Below, piece by piece: positions 43,842 to 57,602 of a stretch of 64,000 bases of DNA; positions within the stretch are counted from its first letter, which is position 1, and the number at the start of each line of letters is the position of its first letter. The position numbers were made by a program, and so were the translations under genes. Location: NCBI GenBank assembly GCA_040954595.2, contig CM082595.2, forward strand, positions 2,172,635 through 2,236,634. The letters run 5' to 3'. The notes below the pieces were generated by a model. The model had not been told where the DNA came from, searched no databases, and saw nothing but the letters and a program-made list of their open reading frames with translations. The DNA is from Balanoglossus misakiensis (taxonomy: Eukaryota > Animalia > Hemichordata).

Positions 43842-46599
43842 GGATACCAGTTACTGAGAACCTACATGTTGAGAAGAAGAAAAGGCGAGGCGTCAGAAAC
43901 CAGCAAATGAAAATAGTGGCGCCTATACCTCAGATCTCATTTTTTGGCCAAATATCGTATTTCTGGATTATCACCACATGAAAACGGACAAAATCCAACT
44001 TTTAAGGGGCCGTGGCTGTTGGTCTAATTTTTGACACCATTACAATGTTTCTTCCTTGTTTTATAACCATTTTCTCATTCAACAGAATGCTCGATATCGT
44101 TTATTTGAAAATGTGCAAGTGTAATATTCGTGAACCGAAACCCTAGTTGTAAGACGCGACGCGACGCGACGCGGCGCATGCCTGTCCAATCGTTTCGGTA
44201 CGTGAATACGCCCACAATCTCCTCGCTCTGGTCGCGGGGTCGTCACCCGGGGGCGTCGATCTGCATATACTGTTTGTGCAGACACGTTGTATTTTTTTTC
44301 TCGGGTACTAAGCATTTTCCCTTTGGGAGATGGGCTTCCCGCAAAATGGACCGTGCCCTCGAGTACTTTTTTCGCGGTTGCATATGCAAGCCAGTCATCC
44401 GTACGGTGTCGCTATGCACCCTCGAGTTCGCTTCTCTTTTGACAAGTTGTACTCGAACATTCCAGACCAGTTCGACACACCCACGCGATCTCCCGAGTCA
44501 AATTATATAACGAATCGCGCCTGCATCATGTACATAGGACTTTTAGTTTTACAAATGGTGCCAACCTTGACCGAACCCACTACATTCACCGACTTTCATC
44601 TGATATGAAACAGGGTGAAAACATACTGGTAACTTCTGTTTGCCCTCTGAACTTCGCCTTTATGAAACATGCGACTGAAGATATTCTTCTGCTTCTCGTT
44701 TTTAATGAAATAAACTTTAAAATCCGATTGAATTCCCGACATACAACGATTGGTATACACTGAATGTATAACGCGCTGATCCCTTCCACTGTGAACGGGC
44801 CGAGGTTTGTCATTAAAAGATTAAAAGTTAAACCCGGAGTTCATGAGACGGTGACGAGGTCATCTACTTGCACCGTTGCCACAGAGTTACAGAGGTGCTG
44901 TCTCCGAGCTCCACGAGCAAATGGTAATGGTCGATGACGAAGACGTTTCAATGATAATCCCGCGGCTTCTTTCCCCGTCGTTACTGCATGCGCATTCGCT
45001 AGCTGCTTTCCCGTCTCTTAGCCCTTATAGACCATAGACCAGTAAATTGACGAATGTTTTCAAATTCAAGATTCCCGGATTCGCATACCATACCGTGAAG
45101 TCTGCTGCTCAAACAATATTCTCTATTCTCCTCCTTATAGGGCAAAGCCATCGCCATATATATTAACTTTGTTCACGCAGGAAAACTTACCCCGTTGCTA
45201 AGAAACGGGGCGTCCTCCGCTTCCATCTTAACTACGTCACGCCCACGGTGGTTTTGACCACAAATATTGGAATCTCTTAAATCAATCCCGCGAACAATTT
45301 GCTGTATTCAAAATGCGGTCGTACCGTCATCAATTTTGCATTTTCGTTTGAGCGACGGCTCATAAAATTTATTTGCACTCGACTGTGAAAAAAAAATCCC
45401 ATAATTACGCAAATTGAGAAAATAATACAATATGAGGTGCAAAAGCAAATTAATACGGAAACCGTAAATACGATCGGGCAGTCAGAAAAAAACATGCGGT
45501 CATTTAAAGTTACTTTCGTGTTTTGCCTGCGGTGTGCGCTTTGTAATTTCCGACGATTAATATGTGCACGTACGGTATTTGAAAGTCGCTTTTACGGATA
45601 AAAAAAAGCGGGTCGCGGTTATCGCGCATTTTTGAGCACTAAAGCTTATCGGCGTGAATTTAGAATCTCGCGCTGCATGCGATGTTCATTTGGGGCGGAG
45701 TGCGGAATTTTGGGGTCTTGCAAAATACACTTCCGTCAGCGGTAATCTGATTCCGCACTTCGCTTGGAACTGATAAGCACTTGTCCCAGTACTGCAGTGA
45801 ACTGGAACTATGCCCGGAGTCAGAGAAGAAAAAAAACGTGTGCGCATCCGTCCCCGAGTTAGCTAAGCCCCGATAAAAGCTCTCATTTGCCGTCGCGACT
45901 ATTTCCGCTGGCTGTTTTGGGTTGCAGTCCGCATTTATCACCGACTGAGGAATCAGCTTGCGGAAGTCTGCGAGCTGATTCCGTTTCGAAACATCAATAG
46001 TGGGCAGGCGAATAATATGTGCATTTCTGGCAGAAATGTACATTTCTATAGTGTTGGTGAATACTGCTTGGGTTGTTGACGGCGATGGAGCGATCGTACG
46101 GCCAGCGATTTCGCTGGAAAATCGCAGGCTATGGCCGTCGACCTGCTTGTATGCAAGAATTTGCCCGGGCACGCATGTAGTGGTTGATTTCGAGGTTGTC
46201 TGAAAATAGACACATACAGTTGGGTGACCCTCTATAGCAGCGCTGATCTGCATACGTAATGAGACACCACTACTTACTTTCGTCAACTCCACAAAGTTTT
46301 TAAAAGAAACGAAAACTTTGTCAGTGTTGGCGGGGAGCGAAAGAGCGGAGCTAGGCGCACGCAATGGCGATTTTCGGCCTGCACGAACGGTATCAGATCT
46401 TGGCAACGACTGCGTAGTGCTGTGGAGACGATGTAGGCGGGAAGCGAGAAAAACGCCATGATCGCTCGCATAGGAGTCATTATATATGCGACGTAAATAA
46501 GCCGCCCCATTGTGCGGTGGCTGGCTGGGCTGGGAGACATACAATCAGAGTCTAGAACTTACGATAACAACGCCACTACCTGACGACACTCAACCACGA

Positions 46600-46775
46600 A
46601 CTCCACGACACGTCCGCGGCAGCATAGAACGAAAATGGCGACGTGTCAGAGTCGGACGACGGTGCGAAGCAGATTCGCCACCAAGCGTTACGCTACGTCA
46701 CGTCCGTATCGATTTATTGAATGCCGACCACGATCGCCGCTGATTGGCCGTTACGACATGACGTCATGTCCGACA
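46600..46775. promoter_or_regulatory. Candidate promoter/enhancer motif cluster between SAMD11 and SLC2A
   Basis: Perfect 16 bp palindrome GACATGACGTCATGTC (46755-46770) with a CRE core, a reverse CCAAT (ATTGG ~46743) and a YY1-like AAAATGGCG (~46632), within a CpG-rich region. Confidence 0.4.
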
Positions 46776-48608
46776 CATGCTGTTACGCTAAAATAGCACA
46801 CTCCCCAACGGGAATACATGATTAAACACTAATAAATATGCAGTGCACGTCGTCGTCACCTTCGACCCTGAGACGACAATCTGTCGTCAACAGTTTGATG
46901 GCGTTGTGTATCGGCGACCTCCAGCGTACACACGCAGGCGTCCGTAAAAACCTCATATAAGGCATATGGCTTCTGCCATTTCAGTCGCCTGCATTGCCGT
47001 GACGGCGACATTTGAACCACTGTCGTTTTAACTCAGATCGCGGTCGTCGACATTTTAACTAGGCGGGACCTCTACCCTGGTGTCTGTGACGTATGAAAAG
47101 CGAGAGCGAAACTTCGATTGTTGACGGATGTTAAGGTCTTTCATTTGACTTTAAGCGAGAAGGGAACACACGATTCCTCCTGAAACCACGTGGCGGCACA
47201 GTGAAACATACACTACCATTTAACACACGCGCGCGGGTGGCGGAGATACGTCGCCCCGCCCCTGAAATTGACAAAAGTAGGCCATGTCGTCATAGAGACG
47301 TGTTCCGGCACAAGCGACATCCGCGACCGGTGGCAAAGGATAGACCACACCCACATGCGACTGTAGGACTATTCGGTTTTAAGTTACAGAGATGTAAAAC
47401 ACGACCTGAAATGAAAATAAAACAATAAGTTTATTCACAATTATTTGTCGCCTAGCGACGTTTCGTAACGTGTCATATCCTATATGTATTTCTGATTATT
47501 TTATATGCAATTCTCTTCCAATGAGACTCATCAAAGTATATTTCCTGTCACGTTGAAGTATCGCTATCGGACTGTTTCGCCCGGCTTCTGAAATTGACAC
47601 GCGCGCACCTGCTATTTCGAACTTAGTGAAATAGACATGGGTCGGACGCGCTTATGATGAAATGTACATGAGGGACACCGTTCATTTGTACAGAAGCAAA
47701 CGTGTTATTTGAACCAAAGAGAATCGAAGCAAATGAAACGCAAATTGACGTTTGATACAGACATTAGCATCTCTAGATTCTGAAGAAGCGACTTTGCCAC
47801 AGTATAGAAATTAGAGACGTACTGGGCCATGTGGGCTGGGCAAAGGAGATGCCGTAACCATGACAATCGAACCGGCTACCACTCGTCGCCAAAATGGTGC
47901 GCGAAGCTTTCGTGAATTTCATTCGCTCGTACCGCCAAACTGAACTGAAAAAATGCAGACTTTTCTTGATGTTCACCTCACGTAAACCTGCGGATATTTT
48001 AAGGTTTCCCAACGCGATCTCTCGGGGCCTCGTGAGACTAACTAAAATGTTCCGCTGACGACAGAGCGGCGCTTTCCGCTTTTATCGTGACGTCGCCGTC
48101 GTCTGCGGGCAGAAAGACTTGCAGTCGCGTCAGGCACCGCTCTTTTTCCAAATCAGGTCATCGAAAGACATCTCTGGAGAAATATAAAATTCGATACTGT
48201 GTGGACAATCTGTCAACTATGGTTCACGCTTGTGTGATTGGTATCAACATGTGTTAAAATTTGCTAGTCGCCTGAATTCGAAAACAGTGAAAGTGTCTTG
48301 ATGTACAGTATTGATGGCTCACAGCACAAGATCTTGCTCTCCTGAAAAACAGAGAGACTGTGGTCGAGTGGACGACGGAGAACTATGTCTTATTTAAGTT
48401 ACAGAACAGTTTATGGTATAGTACGCTGGCCTGAGTTCATTCAATTTATAAGTCTGATGTCACATGACTTCGGTCACATGACAAGTTCAACTTTGACCCA
48501 GGACTGTCAACATATGCACGCTACACCACGCAATGGGGCGGTGCTGATTACATACACAAGACGTCGCGGTTAAACTTCGTTGGTTTCACAGAACATTTAG
48601 CAAAGATC

Positions 48609-51600
48609 ATGAAGGACACGAACAACATGACACAAGACACGGATGATGAAGTCGACAGGGACAATGTTCCTATAGTAAAAGCGGGAAACAAGGTATGTTT
48701 TTGTCTTGTCATGTTGAATTATACAGGCCATGAGACATTACATAATCATAATGTGGTATATAATAAACAAAGAATTTTATGTCAAGATTGCTCCCTAGCA
48801 CAAAAACGTTTTGAAATGGCAAAGTATCCCTTCAATGGATAGATTCTGCCAATTCACATCATTATAAAAGCCGAATAAAGGATGTATAAATATGTAAATT
48901 TCATATTTAAATGATGAATTATTCCTGTCACTGACCCCAAAACATGTACTGGTTGCCATCATGTCTAGCTCAGAATTATTTTGTCAGTATTTTACTGTTT
49001 GCTGGTCAACTATATGAGAAGACAATTAAATTAACATTTGAAATTTTTGTTGCGTTAATTTTGGCTAATCAATTCTGAATGTGTATTGCAGGACTTCTTG
49101 CTAAATCATCAAACCCATTTGTCTTGGCAGGGTCATGTGACACTTTCACTGGTCTTTGCAACGTCTGCGGCAGTGTGTGGTTCGTTCCAGTTTGGTTACA
49201 ATACAGGTGTTATCAACGCCCCTCAGTCGGTAAGTCAAGAACAATCTTCCATTCACACTCACTCTTCTGCCAGAATCTCACAAATAAAACATTTTCTGAG
49301 TATAACATTTGAACGACAGAAATGTGTATCTGAAAACTATTATTTGCTTGTATTCACTAAGGTTATAGAACAATTTATAAATGGTTCAAGTATAAAAAGA
49401 TCTGGAAGTGCAATGCCTGAACATCAACAACAAATCCTCTGGTCTGTGATTGTGGCTGTCTTTGCTATTGGTGGAATGTTTGGTTCATTTTGTGCTGGGG
49501 CACTTGCTGATGCTATGGGAAGGTAAGTTGAGATATCTGGTGTATTCTGAAGTGTATTATTGAAGTCTATCAGTTCTTGAATCTCCTATTGTATTTTGCT
49601 AAAATCCAGGAAAGGTGGAATGCTTGTCAGCGATCTATTTGCCATCATTGGTGGTTTATTGATGGCGTTCAGCAAACTGGCTTCATCCTATGAAATGATA
49701 ATTGCGGGCAGACTCGTCATTGGATTTTATTGTGGTGAGTGTCGTCTTATTTTTTCTGAGCAAATTGAATTCCAAACTGGAAAAGCCTCTTATATATCAT
49801 GTCTGGGTATGATTGAAACTTCAGGTCATTTCTTGTATCACAGGTTTAAGTACTGGTTTAGTTCCGATGTACCTGTCTGAGATTGCACCAACTAATCTGA
49901 GAGGAGCATTTGGTGTTTGTCATCAACTCTTTATAACCATTGGTATACTTATAGCACAGATCCTCGGACTCTCTGAAATATTAGGTAGGTGAAACTTTGA
50001 CATCATATGATTTCTGAAAAATTTCTATTACAAAATATCATTTTCTGGATAAAGTTTAGATGATCCATGATTTCAATCTTGCACACAGGTAACAGTAAAT
50101 ATTGGCCGCTCTTGTTGGGGTTGACGGTAGTTCCAGCTGTCTTTCAGTTGCTCTCACTGCCTTTTTGTCCAGAAAGTCCCCGATACTTGCTCCTCAACAA
50201 AAATAAGGTTGAAGAATCAGAGACAGGTAAGTGAAAACCACCGTTTATTCACATCACTACCAACTTCCTGTGCAGTGCATGATGGGTAAAATGGACAAAG
50301 TTTGTGACTACGGATTTTGTTTTTGACTGGCACTGTTTTTGTTTCACAGCCTTGGTCTCGTTGCGTGGAACGTCGGACATCTTGGATGAAATCTACGACA
50401 TGAGGCAGGAGAGTGAGAAAGAAAAGGATGAAGAGAAGATCGGAATGCTGGAATTATTCAGAAGAAAATCACTACGGCAACAGATTATAATCAGCATCGT
50501 ATTGCAGTTGTCACAGCAACTGTCAGGCATCAACGTGGTGAGTTGGAATCCAAAAATATGAAATTTTCAGGAAAAAATTTGCAAATGATAATTTCTTTAA
50601 ATATATACACTCTGACAAAAAGATCTAACTATAGTGATATCTTTTATTGCTGAAAGGTTCTGTACTACTCAACACTGGTGTTTGTTTCTGCTGGAGTGAG
50701 TGAAGACAGAAGTCGATATGCTACAGTAGGCACTGGTGCTGCGTTGGTTGTTGTTACCCTCATTTCTGTGAGTAGAACTACCAACTTTGCACTTTTCTTA
50801 CAAATCTCAAATTTTGAATAAAATGTATATTAGGAAGTAATCATTGTCATTATCATAGATTTCTCAGTGATAACTCTGGATGTTGATACCACAGGTTCCG
50901 TTGATGGACAGAGCTGGTCGTCGCACTTTACATCTCTGGGGCCTGGGTGTTATGTTTTTAGCCGGCGTTGTTCTTTCAGCCGCCTTGCTTCTAATTGTAA
51001 GTACATACTGGTAGTCCAGTGTTTGAGTGACCGTCAGATTACCCACAATCCTCAGCCATTCTCTACCAGCAACAGGTAGTGATCATCAAGTCTTGTTAAA
51101 AATATTTGAGGTCAGTTTCAGTGACTCAGCATAATATATGTTATTGTTTTCAGCAATATGATGTCTGGAAAGGTGCTGCTATCATTAGCATAGTCAGTGT
51201 GATAATATTTGTCTCGGCTTTTTCTATTGGACCTGGTAAGTCTATAATCATCAAATTTGTGTTACATGTACTGAGTTTATGTACTTTAGTGTGCAAATTT
51301 TTCTCTTTCTTATGGAGGTTGTACATTGACACACACATGTTGCACTGATAACGTCAATTACCCATGCAACTGACAGAATTATTGTACCATTCTTGATTTC
51401 ATGATGAAACCATCTTCTTTCAGGGTCCATACCATGGCTAATAGTTGCTGAGTTGTTCTCGCAAGGCCCCAGACCAGCTGCTATTAGCATAGCATTTCTT
51501 GTAAACTGGACAGCCAACTTTCTGGTTGGAATAACCTTCCCAGCATTACTGGTGAGTGGCATAGAAAGATTGACGTGACTCCTACATCCTTGCATTTTCA

Positions 51601-51899
51601 TTGGTGGATTTCTCTGCCTCGATTATCACCTATCACCTTTCTTATTTTCAGTTCAAAATGTTTTTTCATCTCCATTTTTTTTCTTTCAGTCTGCCTTGAA
51701 TGCGTATGTGTTCATTCCATATGTTGTGTTGCTGGCATTGTTCTGGATCTACACTTTCAAATTCGTGCCAGAAACCAAAAACAAAAGTTTTGAAGAAATC
51801 ACTGCCATCTTCCGACAACAACAATTGAAGAGTTACTATGGCAGCACAGATCACGACCCTGGAACTGAAAATACCGCATTCAACAGTAATGGTAACTGA
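48609..51899 (+). CDS. SLC2A1: Facilitated glucose transporter, class I GLUT (SLC2A1-4-like), multi-exon
   Basis: [88 protein letters not shown] and [12 protein letters not shown]. Orthology to one vertebrate paralog is not resolvable; it is probably a pro-ortholog. Confidence 0.95.
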
Positions 51900-52167
51900 G
51901 GTATACAGGATAATCAGCTTGCCATAACATGATCTATAAATTTCAAATTTTTGTTCAGATTTTTGGGCTTGCTGCAGTGAAATGAAGAACAAGTACATTA
52001 TTCATGAGTAGGGAAAGGAGTAAACACTACTGCGTCTTGTGAGTGCCTTAGAAGTTCAATCTCTGAATTCCAAGTCTTAAAGCAATACTGTTTTATTTAT
52101 TCATCTCTGTTTGTAAATATACATTCCATTAAAACAAACAAATTAAAAAAAAAATAGATGTAAGTGG

Positions 52168-55100
52168 TCAGGATTCCTCTGGAGATAATCGTCTCTTCTT
52201 CGCGAAGTGTGCTATGCGACTCTCCAGACTATCTGCGAAGACAAAGACAGAGAAAGTATTAGCCTGGACTCATCATGCTGAAACAGGTAAAAGATTCTAG
52301 GATACATCATCCAGTAGACCCACACTGACTTTTGGAAGTGTAGATAACCTTTGTATTGTACAAATATATTCTTTGGAAGGCCATGTTCGCCAGTCTAGCC
52401 AACTTACCACAAACTGGACGACTGAGTAGGGGCTTGTGATGTCTTGGCCTGCTCCCTGTATTCAGTGCTGCATTTTGTTTCAATATTGGAGGATGAATTT
52501 TCTGCCAAGTGGTGTAGGGTTCGTCTTTGTCATTGTCATTGCTTGTCCTTGCAGGAAATGGAGCTGTGTTTAAACCATCCAACATTCTCCCCACGATGAC
52601 AGATCTGAAAGTAGCGATGCATTTTTAGAATCGTGTACAGGATTTGGCACACTGTCAGCAGTTATGCGAGTTTGCTTGTACAGTGAAACAGGTCAGACTA
52701 CAAAATAATCTGAGAACTTACTTCACAGTTTCCGAGGTCCATCTTTTTTGTAACTGTACAATATTTACTTCATGCTCCTCTTCATGTTGGAGGGAAAAAT
52801 ATGAAAGACATTTATGAATGTCAAGTTTTGATCTTGGTATTACACTGAAGTCAAACAGGGAGTCTCAGAGTGAAATATTTATCAGAGCTGAAAATATTGT
52901 CTTTAGAAGTTTTAGTTACCATGATCATATCTCCAGTTAACTCCTTCAAAGTGTGTATCGTAGAGAACTAGAGGAAGCTCAGCTGCCATTGTGTACTGGG
53001 GTTTGCAGGGATGCGAGTCGATATCTAGTAATTTGTCTACGATCTGTTAGAAACAAAAGGAGCAAGAGTCAATGATTTTGACAAGTTTTTTTAAATCTTA
53101 ATGATCAGTGTCAACATCAAGGATATTGTCTACGCAAGGGATAATGGCTCACCTCAGGTTTTTCTTTGTGTTCTCCGATGAGGAAGAGAATAGCTATGAT
53201 GCATCTGATCTGATGGTACAGAAACGCCAAGCCTTGTATTGTGAGTTCATACATCCTGTATCCATCAGTCCTGCAAGATATGTCATCATGAAAAACAGAT
53301 GTAACTATATATGAAAAGCAGAATGCCAGGTGTGTGCTAGTTTGTGCTACGTCCCCACTGTAGATACGACACCAGACAAATAACTCATTGATTACCTTGT
53401 ATCTAATGGTTGAATCTCGGCCGACAGAATTCGTCTAACAAAATTTGTGACACCATTAGCAACATCCATCTGCAGATAAAAAGTACATGATACATTGGAT
53501 AAGTAAATTTGCACAACACATTTTACTCAGTATTTTGGACAAGTTCAATGTCGTTAATTAACTCAAGACAGAACATGTCTGTCTACTTACCTTACAAAAA
53601 TTTCTGAAATCATGTGACCCAACCAGTTTTTGCAATGCTGTTTTCATGGCCTGAAATGTAATGAAAGATTATCAGTGGAGAAGCTGGCTTTGTTGATGAT
53701 AACCGAGATGACAGCTCCACTTTTGTTGAAAACTTAATTCAATATTAATCAAGTACACCAGTTGCTTGCCGCCAAACTCACCTCAATGTCTAAATTTCCT
53801 TCTGGGAAAAAATACTTGTATGTTCTGTTCGAGGCACTGAATCTGTGAGAGAAGATGTGATAACATATCATTCCTGCATGTGGAGGACACCTGTCTTGGA
53901 ACATTTGACCAATCAGAGAATTGTATGTTCTTACCTTGCACTGAACTCTGGATCAACAGGTGCCCATGCCAGCATTTGAATCTCTGCTGGTAATACACTA
54001 TTCAACATCCTCACATAGTTCAGTTCAGTTGTCTTGTCGCCTGAAACATGAGAAGAGTTTGATGAATACAGTGGCAGGCTAGGCCATAGGATCAGTTTAA
54101 ACGGATGGGCTGGAAATGTTAAAGTACTTCTACCCTACCTGGTCTATCAGCTGCACATCCATCAGGTCTGACCTTGACACCGACACCTTCCAGTAAGTTC
54201 GTCCTGACATCCAGAGATATGACTTGACTGAAAGCACTTACACCTTTGTCAGTTCTCCCACATCTTGAATAGAACGCTGTCTGTCTGTCCTCAATCAGAC
54301 GAGTCTTCATCAACGCATCAAACACACAGGCCTGCCCATGTACAAAAATGCATAAAAGGACTTGTTATATATGAACCTATCCAGTTACGGAGACCAAGAA
54401 ACTAATTAAGAAACAGATTACAAATTATCAGTGTTTCTGTGCACTCACCTCAATGGTTTTGTCTGTGGTGTCTTGAAATGCAAAGCCTTGGTAGTCCCAT
54501 CCTAGGTACAGAAACTTTAATGCCACATGCCTTGTATTGTATCTGAAAAATGTGTAGACATGGTTTTATGTTGATTCTAAATGTTAGTTCAACAACTTTG
54601 TATTATCCTGTGGTTGGAAACGTGAGCAGCTCCTTATCATGATCAGATTAATAAAATAAATGATGAGCTAAGACACTTACTTTGAAAAGTCAAATGGTCG
54701 TTGTTTCCGTTTCTTTTTTCCTCCAACAGGACTGCTTGGAGTTTTGGTTTTGACTGTCATAAGCTCTTTTTGTAGTCTTTGTATGTGTTGTATCAGTTCC
54801 TGTCATAGAGTTACATGAAGACATACATGATTATGACTATTAAAACGTACAGATCTACAGTAAACCTGATCTACACACTACTTTCCCGGATTGTAGATTG
54901 CAGGAGCCAGAAACCTACATTCTTTGTCATATTTCGATATCTTCGCACAGAGATAACTGATCCTTTAGTTGGCGAGGTCGATGGGCATTTAGAAGAACAA
55001 TAACAGGCTTCTCCAAACCACAGGAGTTGGACAGTTTGGGGGCATGAGAGAGCGCTTTTCCCAAATCTGAAACTCGTCTGCCACATAATTGTAGCAGACG

Positions 55101-55513
55101 CCATTCTACCCATAATGCGCAGCGTTACGTGTACGGACGTAAACAGCTCGATCGCATATGTTTCTGATCTCCAGGAGGGATGTAAGGTTAACTAAAAGGT
55201 CGAAACTCCAAGATTGTAATCGCTTCACGCCAGTTATTCCACATCGAGTACAGGAAACGCTAGTAAGGGACACAAACAGTCGAGATGAGTAGATGTAAAG
55301 TTGTCAACGCTATATTTCAAGTCACAAATTCGAAACAGTGTCATCTACCAATGTTATCTACCAGTGTGACAATAAAAATAAGGAAAGTGAATATGCTGAA
55401 CTACCTACATCTTTTGAACATGTTTGTAAGTTTTCGGGCATGTCACAGGGCTTTTCAGCGACTTGGGCCGGGTGGGACTCGGCGTTCGAGGAGTTGTTAC
55501 TGTGCGCGGCCAT
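52168..55513 (-). CDS. PUS3: tRNA pseudouridine(38/39) synthase, multi-exon, with two candidate first exons
   Basis: [48 protein letters not shown] (catalytic Asp), FSARF...[32 protein letters not shown] and [13 protein letters not shown]; ends [16 protein letters not shown] (TGA 52168). Confidence 0.94.
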
Positions 55514-55964
55514 TTTGTTTGGGCGATATTTTGAGGAAACATCTAACAACCAAACTACTGCAGGTCAAAGTTCAGAGGTCGGTTAACTCTTCACACGTGT
55601 TGAGTACTGAGCGTTTATCGAGTAGATTTCATTTACTGGCCATAGGATTTGAGAAGTGCGTGCACAGCCGGTATGTTGTTATCATTGTCGATATTTACAG
55701 AATGTGTGGTTTAGAGAGATTACTAGCTAGATGTTGGCATGGTAACACATGCACACACAAGCATCACTCCTGCTTGTGTACTGTTGTGTCCATTTGTGTT
55801 GGTTTCATAACACAACAGCAAATGTAACCCCCCTACGATTTCCTGAGACGGCTGTACTTGTAGAGTAAGTGGAACAACAACACAAGATTGGCCCATTTTA
55901 AAATGTGTACATGCATTTCCTTATTTTTTAGTCTTAAAGAATTTGTAAGATTTTCAAGGAGAGT

Positions 55965-57602
55965 ATGGTGAGAACACGAAGTTCAAAGTCAACAACAAAG
56001 ACTCCTTCCCCAGGACCTTTGCCAGCAAGGACTAGAAAGAGGAAATCAGTTGTTGTATCAAGTGAATCTCAAGATGATAAGAGTACTCCAGCAAAACCTC
56101 AAAAACATGATAAGTTGACTTCGCGACTAAAAGAAAAGACTCAAAGTGAGGAACAGATTCTGGAAAAGGCAACATCTGGAAGGACAGAAACAGAGGAAGA
56201 TGTTTTGCCGGAAGATGAAATGGGAGAAACGGGTGATCCGGGTGATGATGGCGGTGGAGAGCCTGGGAGGACTGGAGAGGAGGTAACTTGCATTGAAGAA
56301 ACGGATTTAGATGAAAACCAGGATGAAAGTGACCAGGCTGATGAAGCAAATTCCAAGAGTGATGCTGAAGATGAAGAAGACGAAGAAACCAACTTAGATG
56401 ATGAACCACCAGAAGACGTATCTTTCCAGCAAAGTAGACACTCTGCTTTGAATCAACTTTCACAAGTCTTAGAGCAAACAAAACAGTAAGTGAAGTGTCC
56501 TGTGTGAGTCAGCCAGATATACTCTTTCAGTAACACTTTCACAGATTAGATGATATTGTGGTGAATGTCCAGCAGGTGAATCAGTCAGTGATGTGGCATG
56601 TAATTTCAATCTTATTCTTCGCAGAAAGAAAATTGAATTGAAAGAAAAGAGGAAAGCCAGAGAGGAACTTTTCACTCAACAGAAAAAGAGGAAATATGAA
56701 ACTGCCAGATTGTCTGAAGACTTCATCAAAGATGTTGAACAGGAGGAAGAAATGTAAGTTGTGGATTTTCTCCTGAACCAATATGGAATCTTGCATTCCC
56801 AAAGGACCTGGGATTAAATTTCTAACAGGAATGCAGGATTTTTTGTCTCCAGTCAAACTTGCCGGGAATTGGCATATTTTATCTCAATAAAAACCATTCT
56901 ATTTGTAAAGCAGGTGTTACTGTTTCTTTCAGGGCCAAGGAAGAAGATATTTTGAGGACTAAGGAACCTGACAGAACACATACTCATTTTGACGAATCCG
57001 AGGATGAGGATGATGATGATTCCAGGGAGAAGGTGGATGGTTTGAATGAAAAGTTTGGAATTGAAGTGGTGACGTTACCAAAGTTGATCCAGAAACCCAC
57101 GGCAAAGGCTGATGCAGCTCTCCAGTTTTTGAAGTCTCGGTTATATGGAACTAATGTTAAAAGACAGACAGGTATGTGTGAAAGCAGAAGTACTACAACC
57201 AGCATTATATTTCATTTCATTTTTACGTGGTCCACTGTAAACTGTACTGCATGATACATGTGTAACAGTTTTTGAATTTTTCTCTCTTCCAGCAAATGAC
57301 TTGCACGCCAATGTACAGAAGAAGAAGGGAAAGCCTGCTTTCAAATTTGTTAAGGAAAAAGGTGAGATTCAAATAGTTTACTGTCTTAAAACTGAAGAAT
57401 GACTTGAGGGGAACTATTCAGTTTGCAGAGTCGCCTCAATTATAAAGTTTATTGTTATAAATGTTCAGAAAAGAAAAGGAGATGGAGAATCGTATAAAGA
57501 GGAATGAATTTTTCTGTATTTTTAGCATCAACAAATAAGAAGACGAAAAAGAAGAAATCACAACCAAAGAAAGACAGAAGAACATGGTCTTCAATGACCT
57601 GA
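55965..57602 (+). CDS. NOL7: Nucleolar protein 7 (Bud21/Utp16-like), multi-exon
   Basis: Acidic N-terminus, then DDEPPEDVSF, KKIELKEKRKAREELFTQQKKRK, AALQFLKSRLYGTNVKR and a basic C-terminus (TGA 57600-57602). Matches recalled NOL7 motifs DDEAPEELTF / KEKRKRREELFIEQKKRK / AFIHNSLYG. Confidence 0.85.
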
